Assembly: GCA_012295275.1 (NCBI GenBank)
Contig: CM022672.1
Span: forward strand, 16,120,001 to 16,184,000
Length of the DNA: 64,000 nt
Source: Chrysomallon squamiferum
Taxonomy: Eukaryota; Animalia; Mollusca
Direction: 5' to 3'
Positions 40,908 to 54,692 of the stretch are shown in pieces. The notes beneath the pieces were generated by a model that did not search any database, was not told the DNA's origin, and saw only the letters and a list, made by a program, of their open reading frames with translations. The translations under genes and the position numbers were made by a program. Numbering within the stretch: position 1 is the first letter of the stretch; every line of letters begins with the position of its first letter.

Positions 40908-41201
40908 ATTCTGACCTGTAACTTTAATATTAAAGAAAGTCATCCAAGCCATCTAGGAGTATTCTGACCTGTAACTTTAATATTAAAGAAAGTCATCCTG
41001 GACTATTCTGACCTGTAACTTTAATATTAAAGAAAGTCATCCTGGACTATTCTGACTGTAACTTTAATATTAAAGAAAGTCATCCTGGACTATTCTGACC
41101 TGTAACGTTAATATTAAAGAAAGTCATCTAAGCCATCTAGGAGTATTCTGACTGTAACTTTAATATTAAAGAAAGTCATCCTGGATTATTATAACCTGTA
41201 A
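40908..41201. repeat. 44/53-bp minisatellite with internal palindrome CTTTAATATTAAAG, 6 units plus a partial
   Basis: Core ATTCTGACCTGTAACTTTAATATTAAAGAAAGTCATC followed by either CTGGACT or (C/T)AAGCCATCTAGGAGT. Confidence 0.95.
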
Positions 41202-41461
41202 CCTAAGTATGAAAATCCAGGTATCCAGGTATAGTTTGATGTGTAAGGTAAATATTAAAGAAAGCCATCCACAGATATTAAGATCACTAACAGAGGAATA
41301 TTCTAAAATACTGGATACTGTCAACAAAACTGCTTTATACTGATTTCAATATAACACAAAATAATAATTATTTATGATTTATTTCTTAATAACTATGAAA
41401 TTTAAATTACGATACCAAAAAATAAGTTTTAATGAATTTGAAATAAAATGAAATTAAAATG

Positions 41462-41462
<1 letters not shown>

Positions 41463-41514
<52 letters not shown>
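41463..41514. repeat. (TAA)n microsatellite
   Basis: Direct inspection. Confidence 0.98.
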
Positions 41515-41515
<1 letters not shown>

Positions 41516-42194
41516 TAGATATGAAAACAAGTGAAGATAAAGGGAAAACTAGAATCAATATAAAATAAATGAAGACAAAATCAAATTCTACACATAAACC
41601 ACACGAAAATCATAAAATACATAAATACAACTTAGAAACAAATGAAACAAAAAAACCTATAAAGAAAACAGAAAAGATGATAGTAAAAAAGAAAGAAAAA
41701 ATATTTTATGGACACTAATTACTAATTCCTGTGGACGATAATGTAAAGATAATTTTGCAAACATTTTATCAGTAATTGACGTATTATTTTCTATTATTGG
41801 AAAAATAGCCAATCTTTAGCAGCTTCATCTCTGTCAATACTCAGCTTTACAATTATCCTGCACCATCAAATATCATTTTTAAAAAAATCAATTACAATTC
41901 CTGTTCCACTTAATTTCATATTTTTTATTCAACTCTGGTTCAAGTGTTTTCACGATTGACAAATTTAGGAAGAAAAGGGTCAGAAGCTGGTGCAGCTGTC
42001 TCGTAACTCTGAATGCAGAACCAAGCGAGTTAAATTAAATTTCTTAATGTCTGTCCGTCTATCTAATATGTATAAAGATCTGTACGTTGTAAATATTTAT
42101 TTTTTGAATTATCCATTTATTTACTTACAACAGGTTATGCTGCTGCAGGAGACAGATTGTCTGAAACTTGAGAGTCTTTGAGTCAATTTTCGAT

Positions 42195-42935
42195 CAGCAG
42201 TGAATCAAAGGCTATGGTACGTGGTTTCCTGCTTGAAGGAAAGGTATATATATAAAATCTCCCATGATGCTACTTCAGTACTTGGCAAGAAGACAGTATA
42301 GCAGTACTGACTATCTCATTATCCGTATGATTTTTAACAATGTATTTTAAAAAGGCAGTGTTCTGGAAGAATGGTGTAATATATAAAATCATCTAATGAG
42401 CTTCCTTTCACATTATCTCTATGGTTCTTAACCACAAATGTCAAAATTTTGCTATGTGTACTGTTAAACTGAAATATTTATAACTTGTGCCTTTTCAGTC
42501 TATATTCCATGACTGAAGTATCAAAGGTAATGGATTGTACTTTCCTGTTTGGGGAAAAATGCATACAAATGATGGTACTCAGCAATACTACACTGACATG
42601 TGGCAAGAGTAGATTTTGACTCATTATCAGTATGGTTTTTTTAACCATAAAAACATCAACAGTTTGGTCAGTACATTGCTAAAGAAAACTATTCTTAGTT
42701 TGCATCATTTCAGTATTCCGGAACTGTCATATCAAAGACACTGGTATGCAATTTCCTGTTTGAAAAAACACAACATATAAAAGTTGCTTTTATGTTATTT
42801 GGTAAGAATAACCCATTTATGGATCATCAGTGGGTTTTCTCTTTCTTTTGCTATAGAGTTCTTATCTCTGAGTGTAATAAGTTTGTAAGTCAAAGTTGTT
42901 CTGAGGACTTTGTTAAATAAAACATTTCTTCCTTT
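42195..42935 (+). mobile_element. Three head-to-tail decayed copies of the same repeat family
   Basis: ATCAAAG..TGG..TTTCCTG.TTG at about 42204, 42520 and 42731; CTCATTATC.GTATG twice; tail GTTAAATAAAACATTTCTTCC at about 42912. Confidence 0.55.
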
Positions 42936-44406
42936 TACCTTTTTAGCCTATATCTTCTTGGTGAATGTTTTCTGCACTTAAGCAAAAGGATCCCATGATA
43001 TTACTTGATATTTTCACCAGACTACTCATTATGATATCAATTCTACTCTAAATAATTAATATTCACAAGCAAAAAGATTTATCTTTTAAATTTATATCAC
43101 TTAAATCTTGAATGTAAAATTTCTAGAAAAAATCCTACAGTACTTACCAAACATTATTATAAAACTGCTAAGATAAAACAGTTTTAAGATATATAAATAA
43201 ATAAATAAATAAACAATGTATTCGTATAGTGATGTGATACTGAAACCTGGATAAAAGTAAAAAGAATTAAAAATACATATTTATGTTCTGGTTTGGAACT
43301 GAATACAAGATCTTTAATATCTCGTACAAATAAAGTATAGTCAAAATGTTCTTTGAAGTGTGCTATCTAGCAGACACCCTACATTCATTTTGATTATTTT
43401 CTCAAAAAAACACACAAAAAAATCATTTAGTACTTTCTTATTACACCATATGATAAAAAATATATTAAAATTTAAAAACAAATTTTTTTTTTTTTTTTGC
43501 TTAAAAAAACATTAATAATAAAGATCAGTTACTAGAATTCACCAGAAGGCAGAAGAAATAACTTTTTTTCTTTTTTTAATTTTCTGACTATTTTACTTTA
43601 TTAGAAAAACAGTGTATAAAGAATAAACTGAAAGGAGATGTTTGTTTTTTCAAGACTTTTCCTGTGTGTTTATTTGCTTTTTCCTGAAAATGATATAAAT
43701 ATTAAAACAACTTTACTGATACCATATCAGAAATATTCTTTATAAACGTTTATCAAACCACAGACATCAAAAGAACATCCAGAAAATACTGCCTCATAGA
43801 TTTCATTACTGTGATTTTTTTCTTTCTTTTTACTAAAAAAAAGTATTTTTCTGATTATTTGTTGTTGTTTTTACATATTAATTCTTCATGTATTCAATAA
43901 AGTATTTTATATTTTTATTGTTATTGTTGTTTGTTTATTTATTTATTTTTTTATTTATTATTATTATTTTTTTATTTCACATGTTTTGTGGGGTGGGTGT
44001 TTCTTTTCTTGTTTTTTCTTTCTTTTTATTACTATAATAACATGATGTCTTCTATTTAACATATAATATCTTTTATTAAGAATTTCTAATTCCATTCAAA
44101 GGTCAAATATCTGAAATATGAAACATCTGTGAAGTAACAATAAACATTTCATTTCCTTATGTGTGTGTGTGTGTGTGTGTGTTTTACAGGTCTTCTTTTT
44201 CTTGTTTTTACTATTTTTGGTTACTGTATTTTTTTCTTCGTTAGAAGTTTTAGCAATTTAATACATATTACTGTCATTATTTTAAGATCTGTTAAATGTA
44301 TGTTTATTCTCTTTGTTACAAAGGCAAATAAATAACACTTACCAAGGGAACAGAAACAAAATGTATTTAGTTTCACTGTCTTAATTTTATTATAAATGGA
44401 CTGAGT

Positions 44407-44442
<36 letters not shown>

Positions 44443-46154
44443 CAGAAAACTGCTACAAAATCTCACTAATATATTAACAAAGTTAATACAGGTTAAAGTA
44501 ACTGTTCATTATTATTATATTTTGAAGAATGTAAATCTATTTTTTTTAATTTTTTTTTTTACGATTAACTGCTGTTAAAACTGTTTTTTGTTCTCAGCTG
44601 TATCGTTTTTCAAATCAAAAAGAAAAAGTAATTTGTAGAAAACATTTCAATTTGAAAAAAAGGAAATACATTCAGTATTTACAATTAGCTGGCTGGCTGT
44701 CAAACAGGTAATTTTTTCAAATCAAAGACATGGACAGAAATCAAGGATTTTAATTTATGAAATAAATTTCAATTTAAATGTGCTAAAATGGTTTTAGATT
44801 TATGGCTTGTCACATGACAATTAGGTCATTTTTCTTTGGAAAGAAAAAAGAAGGAGGGAAATTCAATTTATAAAATAGATTTCTATTGGTGAAAAGAAAA
44901 AAAGGATATATAATATATATTAAGTTTAGTTGAAATCTATCCCGTTTTTCAACAGAATAAAAAAGGTTAAATAAATGATTCCAACAAACAGAATTTATAA
45001 AAAAATGAAATTATATAGATGATTGTTATGAATTATTTTTGTGTCTGTGTATGTGTGTGTGTATGTGTGTATGTGTGTATGTATGACTATGTATGACTAT
45101 GTATGTTTGTATGTGTGTGTAGTATTGTATGTATGTATGTGTTATGAGTGTGTGTGTGTAAATGTGTTTTTGCACATATCTGAGTACACCAGTGTACATA
45201 AGTGAATGTGTGTGTATGTATGTCTGTTTGATATTTTGTCTGTATTATGTACTGGTAGATTCAAGAAATAGTTTAAAATTCACTCTAACTGAGAAAAAAG
45301 AGAACAAATGTTACGAAATCTTTAACAGTTAAGTGTTTGGCTCTAAAATACACTCAGTTTTATACCTTAACATTTATTTCAATCAATGAAATTACTATTA
45401 CTGTTGTAGTAAAATTATTTACAACATATTTATATTTTATATTTAACATGACAGAAAATAGAGTGTTTACATAAGCAGCACTGAATTACAGTAGCAAACC
45501 CAGTTTTATTATCTCATTTAATAAAACAATTCACATATTTATTCATCTGTAATTATTTTTTAACCTAAAAACATATATGTTAATTTTTCTCTATACCCTG
45601 GGAATGTATTTCTCAAGAACTGACAGTAAGTTTATATTTTGATTGAACTGCTACCAGAGGTATTACTTAAATTTAGTTATTCAAACAGTGTAATTTGTTT
45701 GTGTGTGTATGTGTGTCTGTGTGTGTATCTACTTTGGATTTTGCTAATCTTTCAATTCCAGCTTTCACCAAACAATGTATATTACTACTGGTGATTTAGA
45801 TATTTTTTGTTGTTGATTATAATGCTCTTCTTCTTCTTATTATTATTTAACCCTTTTTATGAAGAAAGAGAACAAAATACTTACAAATTATGGTTAATTA
45901 TAATGGTTCAAGTAATGTAATATTCAGCCAAGTTATAAGGAAATGTGTTACATCATAAAAGAATATGTGAAACCAGGTAACGTTATATAATAATCAGCTT
46001 AGTCACTTAGAAACCTGTGTAATCAGCATGACTATACTTTATATTACCCTTTACACATACACACACACACAAAATAACAACCATTCTTTTATACTGTGAT
46101 AGTAAAGAATAAAAAAAAACTAAATGTAATTAACTGTTTAATTTCTCAACTCAC

Positions 46155-46198
46155 CATTCTCTACAACAGTCGATTGATGTGTATTGATTTCAGTGTCA
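46155..46198 (-). CDS. Candidate 44-nt internal coding exon (phase 2 in, phase 1 out), peptide DTEINTHQSTVVEN; parent gene unidentified
   Basis: Minus strand reads tatgtgtttttttatgtacag|TGACACTGAAATCAATACACATCAATCGACTGTTGTAGAGAATG|gtgagtt. Strong acceptor, donor with GTGAGT, only one open frame, complex sequence retaining a CpG inside AT-rich surroundings. Confidence 0.5.
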
Positions 46199-46399
46199 CT
46201 GTACATAAAAAAACACATAATTCTTAAATAAAAACAATTTATTTGTTTTTTTGAATGAAAACTTTTTACAAAATGGTCTTTCAAAATCTGAATTGGCAAT
46301 TATATATATATGTAACGCATGTGTGTTTGTTTGTATGTAATTTATGTTTGTGTGCAGACATACAAATAATTGTAAGTTTAGGTGTGTGGGTGGACAATC

Positions 46400-46830
46400 A
46401 AGTGGACAATAACATCTAGCTGCTTCCCGACTTCCAAGGACAAGACGAGGAAACTTCCCTGTGTTAAAGACTGGTAATTAGCTGAGTGTCTGTCACTTGA
46501 TTACACACTGTTAGACACCGGCAGTGCTGGGCAGAGACTGTCACACGTGATAATCAGCCCACCGAGCGTCCAATCACGGGCCTCGCATCCCGGTTTTAAT
46601 CCCACTCGCCGGCTAAGCATGCTGTACAAACACAGCTTAATCTGGGCGACAAACACTGATTAATGAGAATCAACCAACTTGAGAGGACAGCTTCTCTGAC
46701 AGTCAGCTGTGAGCGGAGAGAGGTTCTCCACAAGAGGAGCTCCGCCGACAGAAGAAGACTTGTTGAATGAGTTAGATCACAGAGCTTTAAAATACAAGGG
46801 TTGTGCCGTTACAGTTTCGTGGCTGTATAA
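46400..46830. promoter_or_regulatory. CpG-retaining GC-rich island, promoter- or enhancer-like
   Basis: Visibly the most GC- and CpG-rich stretch of the window. Contains CACGTG (46544), CCAATCA (46570), TAATCC (46597), TAATTA, TGACAG/CTGTCA and CAGCTG motifs, and lies 200 bp upstream of the candidate minus-strand exon at 46198. Confidence 0.5.
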
Positions 46831-47007
46831 TTATATATATATATATATATATAAAATTAAAAAATTAAAATTTGAAAATGCTAGGTCATATGATTGCAAT
46901 TTTTTTCATCCAAGGTGCATTTGGACCTTTAAAGATACGTGTATAAACAGATATACAAACACAAAATCAAAACAAAAATATATGAAATTATATTACAAGT
47001 TTGTTGG

Positions 47008-47105
47008 GCTGTAGGATCAGACCTCCCCATTGGACATTCTGGGCAATTTCCCGTTCCAGCCAGATGCATACAACACTGATTTATCAAAGACCATGGTATG
47101 TGCTT
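47008..47105 (+). mobile_element. Fragment of a short interspersed repeat family (SINE/MITE-like), best-preserved copy
   Basis: GGGCAATTTCCCGTTCCAGCCAG...ATCAAAGACCATGGTATGTGC; homologous to 57600-57660(-) and shares an exact 19-mer with about 25186-25204. Confidence 0.65.
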
Positions 47106-47399
47106 TTATATCAGTGGTTGTAGCTTTCTTTTTTCATTATTATTCGTTAACCTGCAGATTAGTACCTATGTAACACTGGCATAAAACTTAGAAATATGTC
47201 ATCCAGAAAGTAATTATGTCAACCTACAGCTTAATAACAGGTTAATTTAGTATCTGTACCATACTGATATAAAACACACAGATGTCCTTAAGAAGGTAAA
47301 GATGTCAAAGTCACTGAAAGAGGATTCAAAATGTATTGTAAATAGAACATTTCATATAAAAGGTTACTTGACACAATGTCAAACCTGTACATCCTGGTG

Positions 47400-47449
<50 letters not shown>

Positions 47450-50400
47450 GTACTGGTACATCTAGATTCTTGGAAAAATTAACAACACTGATTTATAAAT
47501 AAATTTCTTTTGCCTTTTTTTAGAATTTTTTTTTTTTTTTTTTTTTAATCTTTTTTAAATTGAAATATATTTTTTACCCTGTTTCAAAAAAAAAAAAAAA
47601 AAAAAAAAAAAGAATAGAAAAGAAAGAAAAGATGTTTATATATAGTGTGATTGTTGGTGTTCAGGTTTTGCTGTTAGATTTGTTATCAATGGAGGTCAGT
47701 GGTCCTGCTGTGAATATTATATGAGATTTTTTTTTTCATCCCTGTCAGTGTTGGACTAATGAAAACCTACACCTAGCAATGGGATGTCTTTTCACATCAG
47801 ATCCACACACTGTGCGAATGTCTAATTCGCTGTCTAGTGTATCACCAGTGTTCACCATGCTGGAAGGAGGGTACATTAATAGGAAACTTCTTGTTAAACT
47901 GATCTTGTTTGTGGAAAAATTCCTTTTGTTCTTTTTTTTTTTTTTTAATTCTTTCCAAGCATTTTATGTATGTGTATGTGGTTTTGGGTGTGTCTGTGCG
48001 AGATACAGATAGATGGAGAGAGAGAGATAGAGAGAGAGAGAGTGTGAAAGAGAGACAGATGTGTGGGTCTATGTAAAATGTAACAAATGTATTATTTGTC
48101 TAAGAATGTATCCACACAAACATATTTATACATATACCAAACATGCACATAAAATAATAACTGTATATATTTCAGTATATTACATTTTAATCAAAGAATA
48201 TACATATTGTGTGTCCAAACATTCTGTATGTGCAGTGCTAAGTAAGTGTATATATGCAGACATACTGATGCAAACCTAAGAAACACACACACAAAACAAA
48301 AAAAGGTTCACTCATGAGAAAAACAGAGAGACAGATGCAGAAAAAAGGAGAGGTATGAGAAACACACACAAAGGCGGAGTGAGAGAAAAGATGGCAGTAA
48401 AGAAAAGGCCAAACAAAATGTCAGAGCTATTTAATTTAAATCTGGCAAGTGGAGAAATTTAATTTGGAAAAGTTCATTTCAGGAATGCTGTGGTTTTTTC
48501 TTTCTCTCTTTCTTTTTTTTTTTTCTTTCTTTCTTTCTGGCTTTCTGGATATGTTTTTAAAGGTTTTGCTCTGCATATCGTCATCCACTTTGGCCCAGGC
48601 TTTCTGTCAGGTTTTCTGTGGTTTTAGAAACATTTTAAATTTGTATATCAATTCAAATATTATTTTCTTTTTTTTCAAATTATCTGGAGTGCATAACAGT
48701 ATCATTAAAAAACAAAATGTCTTACATTACAGTTTGTAAATAAAACAAAATGTATCATCAATTAACATCTACCAACAGTCCCTGTCAAGATGTGATCCTA
48801 GAATCTGCCAGTTTTGGGGCCAAAGGTTTAACTAATACATTAGGTGATATGCTGTCAGTATATCCAGAGATATAATTTGAGGAAATAACTTGGATTTAAA
48901 TATTATATTGTTTATTATACTTGTATTTATCATGCTAATATTTACTGGAATTTGTTAATGCTAGATCTGATTTTTGTTTAGAGTTTTGACTTCTATTTTC
49001 AGGTTTACATATACACACACACAAACACACCCATGCAGATTCAATCATACACATTATGTATATGTTTGTATACGCTTACATAAATACATGCATGTGTATG
49101 GATATAATTTGTAGCTGCACATATGTACAGCAGATAAAATAAATAAATGAAGAAGATGATTAAATAACCAATTTATATGTAGGTATATATATATATATAT
49201 AAATATATGTATGTATGTATGTACATGTGTTCCTTGCAGCTGTCCCTATGGATGCCTGTGTGTTTGTAAAAGACAGAAGATGAAGGGGAGACAAGGGGAA
49301 GACAAGGGGAGTAATAAACACAAGATTATTAATGTTTGTGTATGTGTGTGTGTTCTTTTAACTTTGTATCTAGTGTGTGTGTGTGTGTGTGTGTGATGTG
49401 TGTGCATGTATGTGTGAAACAGAAAGAAGGTAAAAAAGAATAAACAAGCATCAGTAAGAAAAGAATGATGAAATACAAAAGAGAGCAGCCACAGAGAAAA
49501 TGAAATGCAAACAGGGTGTGTCAGTATGTACGAGTTTGCATTTCCTTGCAGTAAAAATAACATAATAAACAGTTTACATTTGTGAGGCTTACTCAGAGTT
49601 GTAAGAGACGACCAGCAAAAAAACCCACGACAGATTAAAATAAAAAGAATATCTATAATGGCTTTTCTTTCTAGCCAGTTTCTCAGTCAATCTGGGATTT
49701 GAAAAAGGGATCTTGAACAGGGATTCAATTTTGAGAGTGAAATAGAGTTAGGATTAAAGTAAAGATGAGCTGGAAAAAGGTCCTGTACTCTAAATAAACT
49801 TGGCCATGTATTAGCATATTCTGTTTACTAGGTAAACTAAGATTAGGAATGAATACCTGTAAAAAAATGCCTGAATCACAATGAAGTAAGTTCATACTGG
49901 TAAGTTACTTATCTTACTCAAATTACCTGTAAGAAATAAACTCGTTACCTCCTATCATTTATCAAATGTGGGTGTGGTTTAGTTCATGCGTGCACTTTTA
50001 ACTGCTTACCTTTGATGGTTTAAAGTGAAAATAGAGTCTCTGTTTTAATTTCTGATTAATTTTAATATTCTTCTTTTCATGTGTATTTTCTGTTCATTTT
50101 TGTTAGGAGAGACTGGTGGGTAGATTATTTCATTAAATTATCTTTTTAAATTAATACATTATGCATAAGTATTTTCAAAGTTATCTAAAAAAAAAATTTA
50201 AAAATTTAAATTAGTACATTACTTATTAGCATTTTCAAAGAAATCTAAAACATAAAAATAGTGGATTGGTGAAGAAATGAATTCATTAAATCATTTATTT
50301 AAATGTATGCTGTATGTATTAAATTTTCAAAGTTATCTAAAGCATACAAATACTTCATTAAAATATTCTGTCAAGTCAGAAAGAAAAAAGAAAGTGAAAG

Positions 50401-51233
50401 AAAGAAAGAAAGAAATTTCTTTTAAACCAGAAACCTTTGAAGATGTCAGAAAAAAAGTAATACAGCAGTTTTATAACTAAATTCTTTACATCTGTTTAAT
50501 ATATTTTGTATCATGTTGTACTTTTTTTTTCAATTATTATTATTGTTGTAATAAAATGAAATGAAATTTTTTTTATCAAAGAAACATACTGCAAAAAGCT
50601 TACATATCATTGTCAGATATATATTGATAAGATAATTTATGTTACCTATTAAAATCTCACAAACATATATACACAGACACACACAAAATAATAATTTACA
50701 TATATTTAAAAAACATTAATGTTAAAATAGTTTGGACATTTTTAAATAACAATTTAATCATTTAAAAGTTAAGCATAATTTGGTTTGCAGTGTTTCTCTT
50801 TTGTTTTATTGTCGCCATTAATAATATAATTATGCATACAAACAATGAAATATATAAATAAAATGACTTATCAAAATGTCTTCTGATGTTATATGTAACA
50901 TAATTTTTTTAATTAATTTATTTATTTACTATTATTATTATTTTCATTTACCAAAAAACTGTAAAAAAAAAAAAAAACTAAGAAAAAACCACTAATCTCT
51001 TAATCCTTAAAACAATTTTCATCAAAATTTAAATCACAATTATTTTATTATTACTATTATTAATTTAGTTGTTGTCATTGATTATTTGTTCATTTTTATT
51101 TTTATCAGACATCCTTTAACTTTGGAGTTCATTTAAAATCAAGTGTTTTTTTGTGTTTTTTTATGTATGTTCTTTTAACACTTTTATTACCAAATTAATG
51201 AATATTTTAATTCTGAAAATAAGACAACTGGAT

Positions 51234-51274
<41 letters not shown>

Positions 51275-52261
51275 TCAATAATTGCAAAACTCGACTGCTT
51301 TAAGGTAAATGATTTGAGAAGACAACCCAATTAAAAATGAAGAAGGACCCATGGGTAGGTATATATCAAGTGTAATTGACAACCAGATGTCAATTTAATG
51401 CCTAAAATGTACAGCTTAACAAAATGTCAGCTTCTCCTGGGCAAAACTGCAAAACACCGAATAACTAATAAAGAAACGTACATCATACATATGTATGCGC
51501 AATTTAAAATTAATTTAAATCAAGAAAAATGTCCTAAGGAAACATGTGCTTATTATCTCAGACTGAAAGATAAATGGATGAATGGACAAATGAAAGTTAA
51601 GTGGAAGGAGAGAAAAAAATGCCTGAAGAGGGCAATGAGTGATGAAGAGGAAGAAAATAATTATTGAAGAAGAAATACTTAATAAAGAATGAATGAATGA
51701 ACAAATGAACAGATGAAAGCTTAATACCCCTCCTCACAAATAACATCAACTGTCATACAAAGTAAAAGAAATCTATTTTATACTTTAAATTTAAATACTT
51801 TGGGCATGGCTATTCAGTTGATATAATTTATTGTAGAAGATAATTTTTCAGTATTTTTATTGTTTTATATTTAAAACAAAAAAGTTAAAGGTATTTTCAG
51901 TTTTGTTTATTTATTTTAGAATTCATAAAAAATATATTCATATTTTATTTCATTCCATTTATTTTATTATCATTTTTGTTGTTGTTGTTGTTTTATCATT
52001 AACGATAATTTCATTTTCCAAAATCAGTTTGTATTTATATATATATTTTACATATTTTATAAATAATTAAACAAAAATTTTGTTAAAGAATTAAGGGAAA
52101 TAATGTTTTAACAATTCTGTTCTTACAATAAGCTATTTTTGGCAAGTTAAACTTTGAAAAAATAAAATAAAATAAAACAAAGCACACCAAAAACAAAGTG
52201 TGAAACACGATGCAGAATAAAACAATATTCTTTCACAGAATCTCAAGTCAACACTATTTTA

Positions 52262-52345
52262 ATTAAACCAGGTCCACGTGGACATCATCCACAACACAGG
52301 CGTTAATTACGTTGCAGCACCAACACCATTTGTTAATTACGGATT
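52262..52345. promoter_or_regulatory. Enhancer-like module: palindromic E-box plus two identical homeodomain-type sites
   Basis: GTCCACGTGGAC 12-bp palindrome (52272-52283) and GTTAATTACG at 52302 and 52332, exactly 30 bp apart. CpGs retained. Confidence 0.35.
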
Positions 52346-52710
52346 CTATTCTTATTACAAACTGCAATCATCTGAATAGATAACATGCTATCTTTTTTCA
52401 ACTTGAAAAAACCAAAAAAATGTTCTTTACCTTCTTTTTCTTGGCTTTTTCATAGGTCTGAGTCATTTCTTAGTTTATATATCCCTTCTGAGAAACATTC
52501 ATTTTCAAAAATTATTATTATTATTATTATTTCTTTTTTATGTCATTTAACATTCTAGCTTTGATTTAGGTTTGTCAGCAAACTGGTCCAAACACAATGT
52601 CATATACATATATATATATATGTATGTATGTATATATATATACATGTACATAAAGGTATACATAACATACATGTACATAAACAGACATAACAGGCATTAC
52701 TTTTTCATTT

Positions 52711-52751
<41 letters not shown>

Positions 52752-54579
52752 GTGTGCATAAAATTTTTTTTCTCAAAATAACATATGTTGCACTCTTTCA
52801 ACATCTGATATCCAATAACTGTTGATTCAGTTCTGATTAAACTATGTTGAATATACAACATTTGTACTTCCACAGCAAAAATATATTTACTCTTTCTATG
52901 TTTGCCCATTGAATAATACAACATTTAACCCTTTTTTACCAAAGAGCTGATTTTACTACAATCTTTGAACACTGAGCTTTGTGAAGGTATTACAGAAGAA
53001 GTGTACAAAATGTGTTTATGTATTCTGATAGGTGTTTTTTTCAGTGTCTTCATCCAATGGCAATAGCTGTTATGTTCAGGGTTTGGTTTTATACTATGTG
53101 GAGTGAATTTTGAAAGGATAAAAATTCAGAATATCAGTTCTACAGTGCTAAAAGGTTTTACAATGTTATTTATCTTGTTAACAGCTTGTTAAGTTGTGAA
53201 TGAAAGTAACTGACATTTTTCTTTAACCAGCTATAGTTCTGGAGATTGTGCTTTTGACTGTTGTTGTTGTTGGTGTTGTTGTTGTTGTTTAGGGTTAAAG
53301 TTTAAAAGAGTTTATCCTGATATTATGGCCATTTACCATACCAAAATGATATTTTCAAATCTCTTTCAAAGTTCTTTTATTTAAATACTGTTTTGTTAAT
53401 AAGGATGCAATTAGTTTTTTTCAATCCTTCAGTTTCTTCATTTTCTTTCCATTTCATCATTATTCAAGTAATAAGTGAGAGTTTATAAAGCCATGGACTT
53501 CAACCTCTGTCACTACAGGTATCACAATATATTCAGTACCACAATTTCACATGTACCACAGTTTCACTGCCTGGATATCAATCACTTCATTATGGTGAAG
53601 AATCAAACTAGACATTTTTTCATTTTCTAAAACTTTCTTAAAATTCCATTCCGTATGCTTTGACTTTCGCTTTCATTCATTTGTTCATTCATTCTTTTTT
53701 ACTTCCTTTTTTCTATTTCATCTATTTTCAGATGATTCCAACAAAAAAAAAAAAAAATTAATATGTGTGTGTGTGTGTGTGTGTGTGTATTTGAATTAAG
53801 AGTTAATATTTACTCCACAGTGAATGGATATATAGAGGTGTATAATGTATGTGTGTGGATGCACATGTTTGGTTCTAAGAACTTAATTATCCTTTCACAC
53901 CAGTGTACATCCTTTCACTGCGGTCAGTACAGGAAATATTAGCTCTTAACACATACCCCTGTATTAGACAAAGACACCAAGTGATCAACTTCAGGACAAA
54001 ATACATACATACACACACATAATCACATTTTAATAATTTCCTGCCATTTTAAGAGTGTCTCTGTCATTATGTGTGGATGCTTATTAAATATGAAACTACA
54101 AAGAACCAGTTACCAGTAACAGAACCAGAATGTACAATGTAAAATGCTACAAATACCAGCCTCTTTCCTTTATATTAACATCTATATTCTAACTGTAACT
54201 CACAGAACAAGACACCTTTTGGTTCATCTTAACTGCAGTAATAGAAGGTTGGTGCTTTTAGAAACTTGGCATGTACACAGCACAACAGTGAGACACCAGT
54301 GTTTACGAAGGCAATGAGTGTATTTATGTATGCTGCTTGGTTACATCATACACAGCTACTAGTATTTATATGATAGGTTACTGTAAGCAGGATGCATGAA
54401 GAGAATGAAGGAAGATTCTAAATGACAGGTTATTAATATCTCTCTCTGACTGCAGCCATTGTTGCAAGAAATCGTGATTTGTTAGCAACTCTTGTTCACT
54501 TTTAATTTAGTGACATCTAGCCATACACACCCAGACAAACCCATCATATTACATTATTATTACTTCATATCATAATCAT

Positions 54580-54692
54580 ATACTGTATTGTACTGTACTC
54601 TATTGTATTGTATTGTATTGTATTGTATTACACTCCACTCCACTCCACTACTCCATACTATATTATATCATATTACATTACATTATATTACA
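54580..54692. repeat. Compound pentanucleotide microsatellite (TATTG)/(CTCCA)/(ATTAC)
   Basis: A 5-bp period is maintained while the unit sequence changes. Confidence 0.85.

Noticed and set aside
40908-41201. CRISPR-like array (palindromic repeat of about 37 bp)
   Set aside because: Linkers are only two recurring sequences of 7 or 16 bp rather than unique spacers; no cas genes; eukaryotic context.
46703-46800. Plus-strand coding exon SAVSGERFSTRGAPPTEEDLLNELDHRALKYK
   Set aside because: The peptide looks protein-like and has a plausible acceptor, but there is no good donor and no partner plus-strand exons; better explained by the GC richness of the island.
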